Shown here: positions 1 to 9,362 of the stretch, one piece after another
How positions within the stretch are numbered: position 1 is the first letter of the stretch
Layout of the letters: each line of letters begins with the position of its first letter
Source: an uncultured delta proteobacterium
GTDB lineage: Bacteria; Myxococcota_A; Polyangia; Polyangiales; Polyangiaceae
DNA length: 64,000 nucleotides
Direction of reading: 5' to 3'
Assembly (NCBI GenBank): GCA_963841435.1
Contig: CAWJCS010000001.1
Coordinates: 288,001 to 352,000 of the forward strand
Notes under the pieces: model-generated
Databases searched by the model: none
What the model was told of the DNA's origin: nothing
What the model saw: the letters and a program-made list of their open reading frames with translations, nothing else
Program-made: the position numbers and the translations under genes

Positions 1-2
1 TG

Positions 3-1952
3 GTGCGCCGTGCCGATCTGGACACGGTGCTCGGCGATGAATCGGAAGCCTTGCAAGACCGAATTGTCGAGGCAGCGTGCGATGCGCTAGTCCTCGAAAA
101 TCCAGTGCCTGAATCCGTTCTCGCCCAGGTCGACAAGGACTTCATGGGAACGGGGAGCTATGACCCGCTTCACGCGCGGGTGCGTCTGATCCTCACCCAA
201 CAGTCCGAGCGGGAGCGGCACCACTCCTTTCGATTCTTGGAAAAATCTCACCATCGAGCGTTTCAGGCGCGCTTGAAGGCTGCGTTGACTGCCTCTGGCG
301 TCGACCAGGATCTAAGCTTTCGTGGCCTCACGGTGCTTCGGGTGAGTGCCATTCCCTCCGGTGCGGCGACGCAGAAGCTCGTCGCTGATCTCCACGCGCG
401 CGGCGGACGTATCGTGACGCCTTCCCGAGAGGATCTTTCGACGCTCCTTGCCATCAAGGAGCTCCTCGAAGCATCGAGTGACGCCCCGCGCTTCGAGGAT
501 TGGCTTGCCGAGGAGCGCCCCGTGTCGAAGATGGGGTGCTTCAAGGACGCAGCGCAGGCGCTGTTCGGGGCGTTTGGTGCCGAACGGAGCGGTACTGAGG
601 TTCCCAAGTCGCTGAACGGCACACATCCCACGCCGGCCGCGAGCGCTCGTCCGGTCGTCGCCCCCACGCAACCGACTCCGAACCCCGCGCACGCGGCGCC
701 GGCCGTTCTCCCCATAGGGCGCCGACTGGCAGGCGGAGAACCTCAGGAGGAGGTCGGAATCACCCTCGATCGGCTCCCGTACCACACGTGCGTGTTCGCG
801 GGCTCCGGCAGCGGCAAGACCGTGTTCCTCAAACGAGTCATCGAAGAGGCAGCACTGCTTGGCATCCCCAGCATCGTGCTCGACGGTGCCAACGATCTCT
901 CGCGGCTCGGCGCAGCTTGGCCTGCGAAGCCGGATGCTTTCTCCGCCGATGACGAGCGGAAATCTCGACAGTACCTCGAGTGTTCCGAAGTCGTGGTGTG
1001 GACGCCGGGCGCGGCGAACGGCAACCCCATGCGCCTCAATCCGTTGCCTGATTTCGACACGCACTCCGGTTGCGCTGAGGAGCGAGAGGCCGAGCTTCAC
1101 GCCGCGATCGAAATCGCTACGTCGAGCATCGCAGACATGATCATCAAGGCGACCGGTAGCGCCGCGACGAAGCAGACCGCCATCCTCAAGTCCACGCTCC
1201 GCCACTTTGCCAAGCGCGGCGGCACAATCCGGGATCTCGCCGTGCTGCTCCGCGAGCCGCCGGAAGAAGTCATCGAGCCCTATGAAAAAGGTGACAAGCT
1301 GGCCCGCGAGCTCGCCGAGCTACTCCATGCAGAGCTCGAGAGCGACCCCCTCGTTGGTGGCGCGGGGGCTCCGCTCGATCCGAGCCTCCTTTTTCGGGCC
1401 AGCGTGCCCGGCAGGACTCGAATCTCGGTCCTGAGTCTGGTCGGCCTGGCGGGCTACGAACAGAAACGCCGGTTCGTCGACCAGCTGGCGAGCACGCTGT
1501 TCTCTTGGGCCAAGAAGACCCCGGCCCCGCCCGGCGGCATCCTGGGCTTGTTCGTGATGGACGAGGCCAAAGACTTCGTGCCCTCGGGAAAAAGCGTACC
1601 GGGCAAGGAGAACGTCAAGCGCCTTGCCGCTCAGGCGCGGAAGTACGGCCTTGGCTTGCTCTTCGCGACTCAGGAACCGAAGAGCATCGACCACGGCATC
1701 GTCTCGAACTGCTCGACACTGCTCGGCGGAAAAATGAACTCCCCAGCGGCAATCGCTGCGCTCCAGCAACTTCTCGCCGACAAGGGAACCCACGCCACCG
1801 ACGTTGGTTCACTCAAGCGGGGCACCTTCTATTTTGGCTCGGACTCGTACAAGCCCCGAAAGATCTCCACCTCGCTCTGCCTGAGCTATCACCCCTCCAC
1901 GCCGCCGAGCGAAGCAGAGGTTCTCGAGAGCGCGCGACGCTCCGCGCGCTGA
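3..1952 (+). CDS. HerA/FtsK-like (DUF87) ATPase, 5' end outside the window
   Basis: Walker A AGSGSGKT, Walker B LFVMDEAKDF and the HerA-type ARKYGLGLLFATQEP motif. Confidence 0.85.
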   Translation: MRRADLDTVLGDESEALQDRIVEAACDALVLENPVPESVLAQVDKDFMGTGSYDPLHARVRLILTQQSERERHHSFRFLEKSHHRAFQARLKAALTASGVDQDLSFRGLTVLRVSAIPSGAATQKLVADLHARGGRIVTPSREDLSTLLAIKELLEASSDAPRFEDWLAEERPVSKMGCFKDAAQALFGAFGAERSGTEVPKSLNGTHPTPAASARPVVAPTQPTPNPAHAAPAVLPIGRRLAGGEPQEEVGITLDRLPYHTCVFAGSGSGKTVFLKRVIEEAALLGIPSIVLDGANDLSRLGAAWPAKPDAFSADDERKSRQYLECSEVVVWTPGAANGNPMRLNPLPDFDTHSGCAEEREAELHAAIEIATSSIADMIIKATGSAATKQTAILKSTLRHFAKRGGTIRDLAVLLREPPEEVIEPYEKGDKLARELAELLHAELESDPLVGGAGAPLDPSLLFRASVPGRTRISVLSLVGLAGYEQKRRFVDQLASTLFSWAKKTPAPPGGILGLFVMDEAKDFVPSGKSVPGKENVKRLAAQARKYGLGLLFATQEPKSIDHGIVSNCSTLLGGKMNSPAAIAALQQLLADKGTHATDVGSLKRGTFYFGSDSYKPRKISTSLCLSYHPSTPPSEAEVLESARRSAR

Positions 1953-2044
1953 CGGCGCCCACCCGTGCGCGAGCGCGGCACCGACAGCCGATCCATCTCC
2001 GGCAGTTGGGGGCGCAGAGCTCGATGGAGGAGATCTTGCTGGCG

Positions 2045-2545
2045 TCACCGCCGCGACCGCGCTCGCGGCGTGCTCCGTGCGCGCTTCTTCCGGTGTCGCT
2101 GGGCTCGCTCGAGCGCTTCTAGATCCGCCAGGTCCTGAGCGCGCGCAAAGTGCCGCTTTTCCGCCACGAGATCGGACAGGCTCAGAAAGTTCGCTGGGGT
2201 CTTGCCGAAGCTCGCCTGCACGCGGCGCTTCCAGGCCTGGGCGAAGGTGGCCGTAAACAGGCGCGGCAGAAGATCGACACGGACCGGAGCGACGCCGAGC
2301 TGAACGATGACCTCGGGGTCGAGAAGGTTCTCCACGTTCACGTAGCTCGGCGCCGTGCCGCCGAAGAACGCCGTGAGGGCTTTGACGACGCGCTTGGCGT
2401 TCCGCGGACCGGGAGCCACGTAGAGATCGAGATCTTTGGTGGCTCGCGGCCGCGCGTGAAACGCAACGGCGTGGGCCCCTCCGATCAGGTACTCAGCGCC
2501 GGCCGAGTTCAACTCTGCGAGCAACTCTTCGAAGTCGGGGTACAT
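2045..2545 (-). CDS. Small nucleotidyltransferase (DUF6036-like)
   Basis: YLIGGAHAVAFHARPRATKDLDLY (GG...DxD NTase motif) and C-terminal RAQDLADLEAL. Confidence 0.8.
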   Translation of the reverse strand: MYPDFEELLAELNSAGAEYLIGGAHAVAFHARPRATKDLDLYVAPGPRNAKRVVKALTAFFGGTAPSYVNVENLLDPEVIVQLGVAPVRVDLLPRLFTATFAQAWKRRVQASFGKTPANFLSLSDLVAEKRHFARAQDLADLEALERAQRHRKKRARSTPRARSRR

Positions 2546-2732
2546 GAGACCTGCCCTGGGCCCTGAGCGCGCTCTGTGTGCAGTCGAACACCGCCCGGAC
2601 GCGGGCTTCCGGGGTCATGCGGCGCCAGAACTCCGCGTCCACCTGGGCGGCCTCCGCAAGCGGAACGAGCGAAACCTGCCAGCGGCGGCCATGCCCGTCC
2701 ACGTGCCGTTGCGTCCTCGTCTTCACCTTCAA
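2493..2732 (-). CDS. Small partner protein upstream of the nucleotidyltransferase (putative antitoxin-like); start approximate
   Basis: DAEFWRRMTPEARVRAV motif typical of the short genes preceding this NTase family; overlaps the NTase start; TAGGCT -10-like hexamer upstream. Confidence 0.6.
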   Translation of the reverse strand: MKVKTRTQRHVDGHGRRWQVSLVPLAEAAQVDAEFWRRMTPEARVRAVFDCTQSALRAQGRSHVPRLRRVARRVELGRR

Positions 2733-2806
2733 CACGCAGAGCCTACCATGGGGTTCCTCCAACCACCCGGCCTGGCGAGCCGTGCGCGGCTGCCCCGCGC
2801 TGCCGC

Positions 2807-5356
2807 TCACTGGAGCTGGAACCGCTGGTTGTCCTCGCGGAAGATCACGCGGCCGTCCTTGCTCGACTCCAGCACGAGGACCGCGGCGGTGCCGGTCATC
2901 GGTGCCGTCACGCTGAGCGGGGTCGTCATGTGCTGTCCGAGCGGTATGTCGAGATGCATGGACCCCTGGTCGGCGATGGGGCCGTCCGCAGCGGCTTCGT
3001 GCATCTCCCATGCAACGTCAATCGCCGTGCCGGCGAAGGTGTCGTTGAAGACGACGAGCTGCCGCGAGAGGGTCTGCCCTTGGCTCACGCTCGTGATGAC
3101 CGTCGGCCAGTCACCGGCGGCGTTGGACGTGTGGTTTGCTTCCCAGTACGCGACGTCGGCCACGAGCATCGGATTCATGGCGCGCTGGAGGCGCAGGATG
3201 ATGGGGTTCGACCAGGGATCGGGTAGATTGTCTTCGCCGTAGAGCGGCGGGCTGATCAGTTGCTCGGGGTACGTTGGCTCGAGCTTCATCATGGTGGTCT
3301 GAATGCCGGGAACGAAGCTTGCCCAGGCCGAGAGCAGCGTGTACGGCCTGAGATCGGCGGCGTCCTTCTGGCGCATCGTCACCGTGGACGTGGCAAACCA
3401 CATGAAGCCCTGAGGCGTCTGGTCCTTGGGCCAGATGAACTCGCCGACCCCGAACGGTCGCGTGGCGCTGACGGCGACCGTTTCGGTGTACGCGCCGATC
3501 CCATCCGGATAATGCGGGAAAACACTGAAATTGCTGGCCTGGATCGACGCGTAGCTTGCATCGAAGTTGGCGCCGCTGAGCGCGCTGTCGGCGCTAACCG
3601 GTCGCGTGTCGTCAGCGGTAGTGATCGCTTGGTAGAGCTTTAGCTCGAACTCGTTCGAGTTCGTGGCGTCGTATTCGGCCTCGTTCGCCTGGCTCCAGCG
3701 GATGACCGACGGGTGGTTCCGGTCGCGACGCACGAGCCCCGCTGCGTGCGAGAGCATGTTGTCCAGACCTTCCACGAAATCCTGGTCGTTGCTGGTGCCG
3801 CGGATGGCAGTCTCATCGATGATCATCATCCCCATCTCGTCCGCCACGTCGAGCATGTAGGGGCTGGCTGGCTCCTGATGGATGCGGCTGACGTTGTAGT
3901 TGAGGCGCTGGTAATTATCGACGGCCTTGGGCCAGCCGGGGTTCTCGTCCGAAGGCGGCAGGAACCCCGGGACGAGATCGTAAGCGTCGGACACGTCCTT
4001 CGCCGCCTTGATGCTGTCGTAGTTCGCGCCCTGCAGGTTGTCTCCACGGAAGTTGACGCGCACCCCGTTGAGCTCGTAGTGCGCCCCCACTTGCCGGATT
4101 TCACGGAACCCGAAGCGCACCGGGATCGCGTGAGCCGCATCGGCACCACCCGCAGACTCCGCGGGCGTGACCGCTACGCGCGCGACGTGCAGCTGGGCGC
4201 GGTACCCTTCGGTGTAGGGGACGTTGGGCCACCAGTACGAAGACGGCCCGAGCCCCCACGAAACGGGGCCGACGGTCACCTTCACCTCCATGCCCGCGGG
4301 AACCGAAACGGGCACGCCCGGCAACGTGGGATAGACGAGCGGGTCGCAGACAAAGCTAGATAGCTCGACGCTGACCGTGCCAGTCGCCGCCGCAGCACCG
4401 TCGTTCTTCACCCAGACATCGACGCTGAGCCGGTCGGAGGCGACCTCCGTGCGCACGAAGGCGTCGGACACGTGCAGCGCCGGCATGACCCGAAGCGCCG
4501 CCGACCGGAAGATCCCCTGCGGGATGTTGGCGGTCCACCCCGCGGCATCGGGCACCAGCTTCCGGTCGGTCGACGAATGGAGCGCGTCGCGCCCTTGCAC
4601 GTCGAGCGTGAGCTTCTGGCTCGTCCCAGGAGTCACCGCGCCCGTTGCATCGAACACGGACGGTGTGAAGGAAGTGGTATTGGTGCCCACCGCCGTTCCG
4701 TCGATGCTCAGCGTCGCCCGGTGATTGACCGCACCGAGCTCCAGGTACGTCGCCTGCGGACGGCCGAGGTCCGGAATCGAGACCGTCTTTTCGTAGCTGG
4801 CGGAGCTCACGTGAAACCCTTGCGCGAGCCACCCGCCCCCCGGCACTTCGATCGTGGTTGCCGCCGCGCCCGCCGGCGTGAACGCCCAGCTGCCGGCGAG
4901 CGACACCACCATTTCACCCGAGGGCAGAACGGTGCAGTTGCCTCCGGCGCCGCCCGTGGCCGTGCCGGCGGACCCGGCGCTACCAGCGACGCCTGCATCA
5001 CCGCCGAGGCCTGCATCGCCGCCGAGCCCTGCACCGCCGCCGAGCCCTGCATCGCCACCGAGCCCTGCACCGCCCCCCAGGCCCGCGCCGCCGCCAAGGC
5101 CAGCGTTGCCATCCGAACCCGCAGCGCCACCGAAGCCGGCGGCAGCACCTAGGCCAGCGCCTCCGCCGACTGCTTGGCCGCCCGTCCCTGACGTAGCTCC
5201 AGCCGCGCCGCCCGCGCCGCCCGCGGTACCGCCACCGCGCGCTTGGTCTTCACCGCAACCCGCCGCGGTCGCTGCTATCCAAATCCCGATTCCGACGGCG
5301 TGAATTCGGAATCGACGCGCTCCACGAGAGGTGAAAGAAGCGAAGAGCCCGCTCAT
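2807..5356 (-). CDS. Glycoside hydrolase family 2 lipoprotein with Gly-rich linker
   Basis: Lipobox AAAGC; RFGFREI...LNG; RIHQEP...LDVADEMGMMIIDE; RDRNHPSVIRWSQANE (GH2 acid/base motif). Confidence 0.85.
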   Translation of the reverse strand: MSGLFASFTSRGARRFRIHAVGIGIWIAATAAGCGEDQARGGGTAGGAGGAAGATSGTGGQAVGGGAGLGAAAGFGGAAGSDGNAGLGGGAGLGGGAGLGGDAGLGGGAGLGGDAGLGGDAGVAGSAGSAGTATGGAGGNCTVLPSGEMVVSLAGSWAFTPAGAAATTIEVPGGGWLAQGFHVSSASYEKTVSIPDLGRPQATYLELGAVNHRATLSIDGTAVGTNTTSFTPSVFDATGAVTPGTSQKLTLDVQGRDALHSSTDRKLVPDAAGWTANIPQGIFRSAALRVMPALHVSDAFVRTEVASDRLSVDVWVKNDGAAAATGTVSVELSSFVCDPLVYPTLPGVPVSVPAGMEVKVTVGPVSWGLGPSSYWWPNVPYTEGYRAQLHVARVAVTPAESAGGADAAHAIPVRFGFREIRQVGAHYELNGVRVNFRGDNLQGANYDSIKAAKDVSDAYDLVPGFLPPSDENPGWPKAVDNYQRLNYNVSRIHQEPASPYMLDVADEMGMMIIDETAIRGTSNDQDFVEGLDNMLSHAAGLVRRDRNHPSVIRWSQANEAEYDATNSNEFELKLYQAITTADDTRPVSADSALSGANFDASYASIQASNFSVFPHYPDGIGAYTETVAVSATRPFGVGEFIWPKDQTPQGFMWFATSTVTMRQKDAADLRPYTLLSAWASFVPGIQTTMMKLEPTYPEQLISPPLYGEDNLPDPWSNPIILRLQRAMNPMLVADVAYWEANHTSNAAGDWPTVITSVSQGQTLSRQLVVFNDTFAGTAIDVAWEMHEAAADGPIADQGSMHLDIPLGQHMTTPLSVTAPMTGTAAVLVLESSKDGRVIFREDNQRFQLQ
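4992..5110 (-). repeat. About 6 in-frame 18-bp repeats encoding AGLGG(G/D) in the GH2 linker
   Basis: Protein reads GNAGLGGGAGLGGGAGLGGDAGLGGGAGLGGDAGLGGDAG. Confidence 0.8.
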
Positions 5357-5453
5357 ACGCGAAACGTAACACGCCCGCAGGATCCGGGGCGCCTCGCGCC
5401 GTACTCGGCAGCTCGTGGTCCGAGCACTCGAGCCGTGACGTCCGTGGCGCGCG

Positions 5454-7277
5454 TCAGTTGCAGACGGCGGTGTCGTCGTTGCCGAAGGAGGCGTAGTAGC
5501 CCATGAAGTTGACGAGCTGCTCGTGCAGGGCGTCGGCGGCGCACTGGGGCAGGAGCGGATTGACTCGCACGAAAAGGAACTCCTCCAGCGAGGTAAGACT
5601 CGCGAGACCCGCGATGCTCGACAGCGCATCGTTCCTCTCGATCGCCAGGTCTAGCCCGATGGACGTGAGGCTCTCGAGACCGTCGAGGTTCGGTAGGACC
5701 GCGTCGTCCTGAATGGACACGCTGCCCCCGACGCTGGTGAGCTGGTCGAGGCCCGCAAGGCTCCCCAGCGCGTCGGCTTGGGTGATGGAGAGATCGCCGC
5801 CGATGCTGGTCACGCCCAAGAGACCGGCGATGCTCTCGAGTGCGGGGTTGTCGGTGAGCAGGACGTCACCCGCGATCGACGCGGGGCCCTTTAGGCCATC
5901 GAGACTGACGAGCGCGGGGTTCTTGGACAGAGAGAGACCGCCGAGCTCGGTGAGGTTGGAAAAGGTCGTGAGGTCCGTGAGCGTGGGATGTTGGCGAATC
6001 GACAGCGACCCGACGGACCTGAGTTGGTGCAGTGGGCTCAAGTCATCGATCGGTGGAACGATCAGGGTCGTCCCGACCCTCGTGAGACTCTCGAGCCCCT
6101 GGATGCTGGTGAGAGCATCGCCCGTCACCAGCAGGTAGTCCCCGATCGACGTTAGGCTGTCGAGCCCAGCCAAGCTCGTGATCGGCGTGTCCTCGATGCG
6201 CACGAAACCGCCGACGGCGGCCAGCCCATCGAGGCCGGCGAGGCTCTCGAGACCGGCGTTCCCCACGAGCCACAAGTCGCCACCCACGTAGCTGACATTG
6301 CGGAGCGCACCGATGCTGGTGAGCGCCCTGGTGTCGCGCACTCGGAGGTCGCCTCCAATCGCGGTCAGGCTCTCGAGGCCGTGTAGACTCTCGAGAGGAC
6401 CGGTCCCCTGGATCAGCAGGGTCCCGGTGACCGTGGTCACGTGGTCCAGAGCGCTCAGGTCCAGGGTGCCGTTGTTCGCGAAGCCCAGGTCACCCGTGCA
6501 GGTCACGGCCTCGAGCGCGCTCATGTCCTCGAGAGCGCCGTTACCACCGACCCACAGACCGCCCGGGAAGGCAGTGAGCGTGAGGCCGTCGAGGCTCTGG
6601 AGCGCGTCGCTGCGCACCATGCTGAAAGACCCCCCGAGGTAAACGAGGTTCTTCAAACCGTCGAGGCTCTTCAACGCCGTCATGTCATTGAGCGAGAGGT
6701 TCCCGCCGATCGCGACGAGCGACTCGAGCCCCGCGAGACTCTCGATGGTCGGCGCTGCAAGCTCAACGTCAGTCTTGACGGAAGTACAGCCCGCCAGTTC
6801 CGCGAGCCCTGCTTCCGACGTGACCACGAACGGGCCGTCGCACGGATTCGCGTCCGCGGCCGCACACTGACCGATGATGCACGGGTCTTGAATCTCGCAA
6901 GTGAGCTCCGGCACGGGAGGCCCGCCATCGTCTCCGCCGCTGCCCCCCATGCCCGCGCCCGCGCCCGCGCCCGACGAGCCCGCGCCGCCCCCCGTTCCCC
7001 CAGCGCCCGACTGAGCCCCACCGCTACCCCCCGCCGCCAAGCCACCGCCACCGCCTGACACGCCGCCCGAAGCCCCACCGCCCGAAACCCCGCTGCCGGC
7101 ACTCCCACCCGCACCGCCACCCCCCACAGCCGAGCTCCCGGCAGCGGCACCCGCACCGCCTCCACTCACGGGCGCCGGCGCACCCGAATCGCTAGACGCC
7201 TGCCCGCACGAAACACCGAGCACGGCGCACACCCCCAAAAGCGCACGGCCCGCCACGAGCCCGCGCCCCGCCGTCAC
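5454..7277 (-). CDS. Receptor-L-domain/leucine-rich-repeat lipoprotein
   Basis: Lipobox LGVSC, Gly-rich linker, many LxSLxGLExLTxIGGDLxI repeats, C-terminal NPLLPQC cap. Confidence 0.85.
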   Translation of the reverse strand: MTAGRGLVAGRALLGVCAVLGVSCGQASSDSGAPAPVSGGGAGAAAGSSAVGGGGAGGSAGSGVSGGGASGGVSGGGGGLAAGGSGGAQSGAGGTGGGAGSSGAGAGAGMGGSGGDDGGPPVPELTCEIQDPCIIGQCAAADANPCDGPFVVTSEAGLAELAGCTSVKTDVELAAPTIESLAGLESLVAIGGNLSLNDMTALKSLDGLKNLVYLGGSFSMVRSDALQSLDGLTLTAFPGGLWVGGNGALEDMSALEAVTCTGDLGFANNGTLDLSALDHVTTVTGTLLIQGTGPLESLHGLESLTAIGGDLRVRDTRALTSIGALRNVSYVGGDLWLVGNAGLESLAGLDGLAAVGGFVRIEDTPITSLAGLDSLTSIGDYLLVTGDALTSIQGLESLTRVGTTLIVPPIDDLSPLHQLRSVGSLSIRQHPTLTDLTTFSNLTELGGLSLSKNPALVSLDGLKGPASIAGDVLLTDNPALESIAGLLGVTSIGGDLSITQADALGSLAGLDQLTSVGGSVSIQDDAVLPNLDGLESLTSIGLDLAIERNDALSSIAGLASLTSLEEFLFVRVNPLLPQCAADALHEQLVNFMGYYASFGNDDTAVCN

Positions 7278-7366
7278 TCCGCACTCCTCCGCACCATTTT
7301 CGAATCCTAGCGCACGGAATCAGAGCGGCAACGAGCGAATCGAAGCGAGATTCGCCGGGACAATGC

Positions 7367-7537
7367 TCAAGCTGGTGGGTGGCAACGCGTGACGGCATCC
7401 GGCGCTTCAAGGATGATATCGAATCCGCCCTGAAGATCGGCGAGCAGCTCGTCGCCCAGTCCGTCGCGCCGGTCGTCGTACCAGGCGGCAGCGTCGTCGA
7501 TCTCCGTCTCGGCTTCAGCGAGGAAGACGACCTTCAC
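7367..7537 (-). pseudogene. Truncated RelE/ParE-family toxin
   Basis: VKVVFLAEAETEIDDAAAWYDDRRDGLGDELL... stops after 56 aa; overlaps the antitoxin end. Confidence 0.7.
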
Positions 7538-7766
7538 GACGAGCCTTCAACCGGGCGGCGATGCGTTCGCGAGCAGCTTCCCAATCCACCAGGTTCGCCG
7601 TCCCATCCGCAACGGCCTGGGCGCGGCGGTCGAGCTCGGTGATCCACGCGCTTTCGGCGTCCGGCTCGGCCGCCTCGTGCAAGCTCTCCAGCAGCGCGTG
7701 GGCGGGGTCGGCTCGCTCGTCGGACGGCAGGGCCAGGACTTCCTTGCGAAGCTTGTCAGCGTCCAC
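7515..7766 (-). CDS. Addiction-module antitoxin component
   Basis: KEVLALPSDERA...AWITELDRRAQAVADGTANLVDWE; TATGCT 6 nt before the GTG. Confidence 0.8.
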   Translation of the reverse strand: MDADKLRKEVLALPSDERADPAHALLESLHEAAEPDAESAWITELDRRAQAVADGTANLVDWEAARERIAARLKARREGRLPR

Positions 7767-7832
7767 GCGGTGAGCATAGCGCGGTACGCGCCTCCGGACG
7801 ACCCCCACCTGCAGCATCCGGGGCGCGCGCAC

Positions 7833-7971
7833 GGACGAGCGCGCGTTTTGGTTCCTGGTGCCGGCCACGTACGTGCGCCACGAGTCGGAGGTGCCGATGG
7901 CCGTGACGTGGCGGCTCGAACGTGCGTTGCCGGGGGATTTGTTTGTCGGGTTTGCGGCGGCGGTGGCGTAG
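7833..7971 (+). pseudogene. Orphan copy of the last ~45 codons of the DUF3427 helicase gene
   Basis: Encodes DERAFWFLVPATYVRHESEVPMAVTWRLERALPGDLFVGFAAAVA*; the gene ending at 12524 ends DDRAFWFLGPATYVSHESEMPMAVTWRLEHALPGDLFVGFAAAVA*. Confidence 0.9.
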
Positions 7972-7976
7972 GGGGT

Positions 7977-8411
7977 TCAGGGCACCGGACAGTAAGAGCT
8001 CGACAGGTCTTCCGCGAGGAACCAATCCCACCCTTTGATGCTGTCGACCAAGTGCCGAGCGGACAATATGTCGAAGCGCAGCTCCGGCGGGGCGTCGAAC
8101 GGTTCCGGCCATGATGCATCGATGTAGCCGTCACCCAAGACATACACGCCGCGCTCCTGGATGTCGGTGACGATGATGATCGCACTGCCGTCGGGGCAGA
8201 AGTTGACTTCCTGATAGCAATTGAGGAAGGACTCTGGGTCTTGGGCGGCCAGGCAATCCTCATAACTCTCGAATGGCTCGGTGACGTGCTGATACAGTCG
8301 ATGTTGGGAGAAATCGAGGGTCGTGGGTGCGGTGCCGTCGTCACTCCCGCATGCCGTACAAGCAATCAGCGCGCCGAGCGGCCATGCGGATCTGAGCAAA
8401 CTTCGGAGCAT
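7977..8411 (-). CDS. Hypothetical lipoprotein
   Basis: Signal peptide and lipobox (CTAC-G) followed by an acidic, Cys-containing domain. Confidence 0.6.
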   Translation of the reverse strand: MLRSLLRSAWPLGALIACTACGSDDGTAPTTLDFSQHRLYQHVTEPFESYEDCLAAQDPESFLNCYQEVNFCPDGSAIIIVTDIQERGVYVLGDGYIDASWPEPFDAPPELRFDILSARHLVDSIKGWDWFLAEDLSSSYCPVP

Positions 8412-8579
8412 GTCGCAGAGCCAAGCAAGCGCCATGCCGCACATTCCTCGCAACTCCACCGAGCGCCCGCGCCCCCGCGTGGCTCGACTTGTGCCACATC
8501 CGGACAACCGAGTCGTGCGGGCGCCACGGTCCGGCGCGATCGGAAGCTCGTCTCAAGTGCGGCCCGTCGCGCAACGCCG

Positions 8580-8847
8580 GAAGCGCTGGCGCTTGCGGCG
8601 AGCGAGCGAGCGCGCGCGCATAGCGCATGAGCTGATCCAGAGCCTCGAGCCGGAGGACTCCGACGCCGCCGCAGCCTGGAGCGACGAGATCCGACGACGC
8701 GTGGACGAGATCGAGGCGGGGACCGCCGAGCTCGAAGATTGGGAGACCGTTCGAGCCCGGCTCGAAGCCGCCGGTCGAACGTGACGCGGCTGCGGTTCCA
8801 CCGCGCCGCAAGCGCGGAAGCGGAGGCCGCGGTGCGTTGGTACAACG
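8580..8847 (+). pseudogene. Addiction-module antitoxin (5' lost, frameshifted) plus ParE toxin stub; copy 1 of a 268-bp duplication
   Basis: EALALAAS/ERARIAHELIQSL...AWSDEIRRRVDEI, then VTRLRFHRAASAEAEAAVRWYN; near-identical to 17004-17271. Confidence 0.75.
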
Positions 8848-9045
8848 CGACGGATTTTTCCCGTTGCGCGTCTCGTAACGCGGGAGGCCGGAGCCGGCCA
8901 TGAGTTCGCGTACATCGCAGCCGCGAGCGATGCACAGAAGTTCGGGTTTGCTCCGTTCCAGGCGTTCCCGAGTCTGACGGAAGTGTACGAAACGACGGAG
9001 CTACCCGCGTTCTTCAAGAATCGCCTCTTGCGTAGCGGGCGCCGT
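8845..9045 (+). pseudogene. Internal fragment resembling the N-terminus of HipA-associated HIRAN-domain proteins
   Basis: Start-less frame TRRIFPVARLV...HEFAYI...GFAPFQAFPSLTEVYETTELPAFFKNRLL. Confidence 0.5.
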
Positions 9046-9344
9046 GGGTCCCCACTCAGGCCACGATGGCAGGGAACGCGGCCGCGTAGAGCGCGCCGGC
9101 TGCGTTGCGTCCGGCGCGATCGAATCTCGTCTCAAGTCTGACGCAGCCGGAAGCTCATCAGCGGCCGTCAAAGCGCGGATCGCTCGGCGCGCCACGAATC
9201 GTCCCCCGACCCCTCGAGCCACCGCACGAACGGTTCTGAAGCTTTCGGCGAGAGCAGATCGCCGTTGTTGGCGGCTTCCATCGCTTCGGCAACGACTCCG
9301 AAGCACGCCGGCCACCAGGGTTTCGCCCCCGACCCACCCCGCAG

Positions 9345-9350
9345 TACCCT
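9345..9350 (+). promoter_or_regulatory. Putative -10 element (TACCCT) of a short-leader transcript
   Basis: TANNNT hexamer 12 nt before the ATG at 9363; no Shine-Dalgarno sequence. Confidence 0.35.
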
Positions 9351-9362
9351 CCCCGATCTCCC

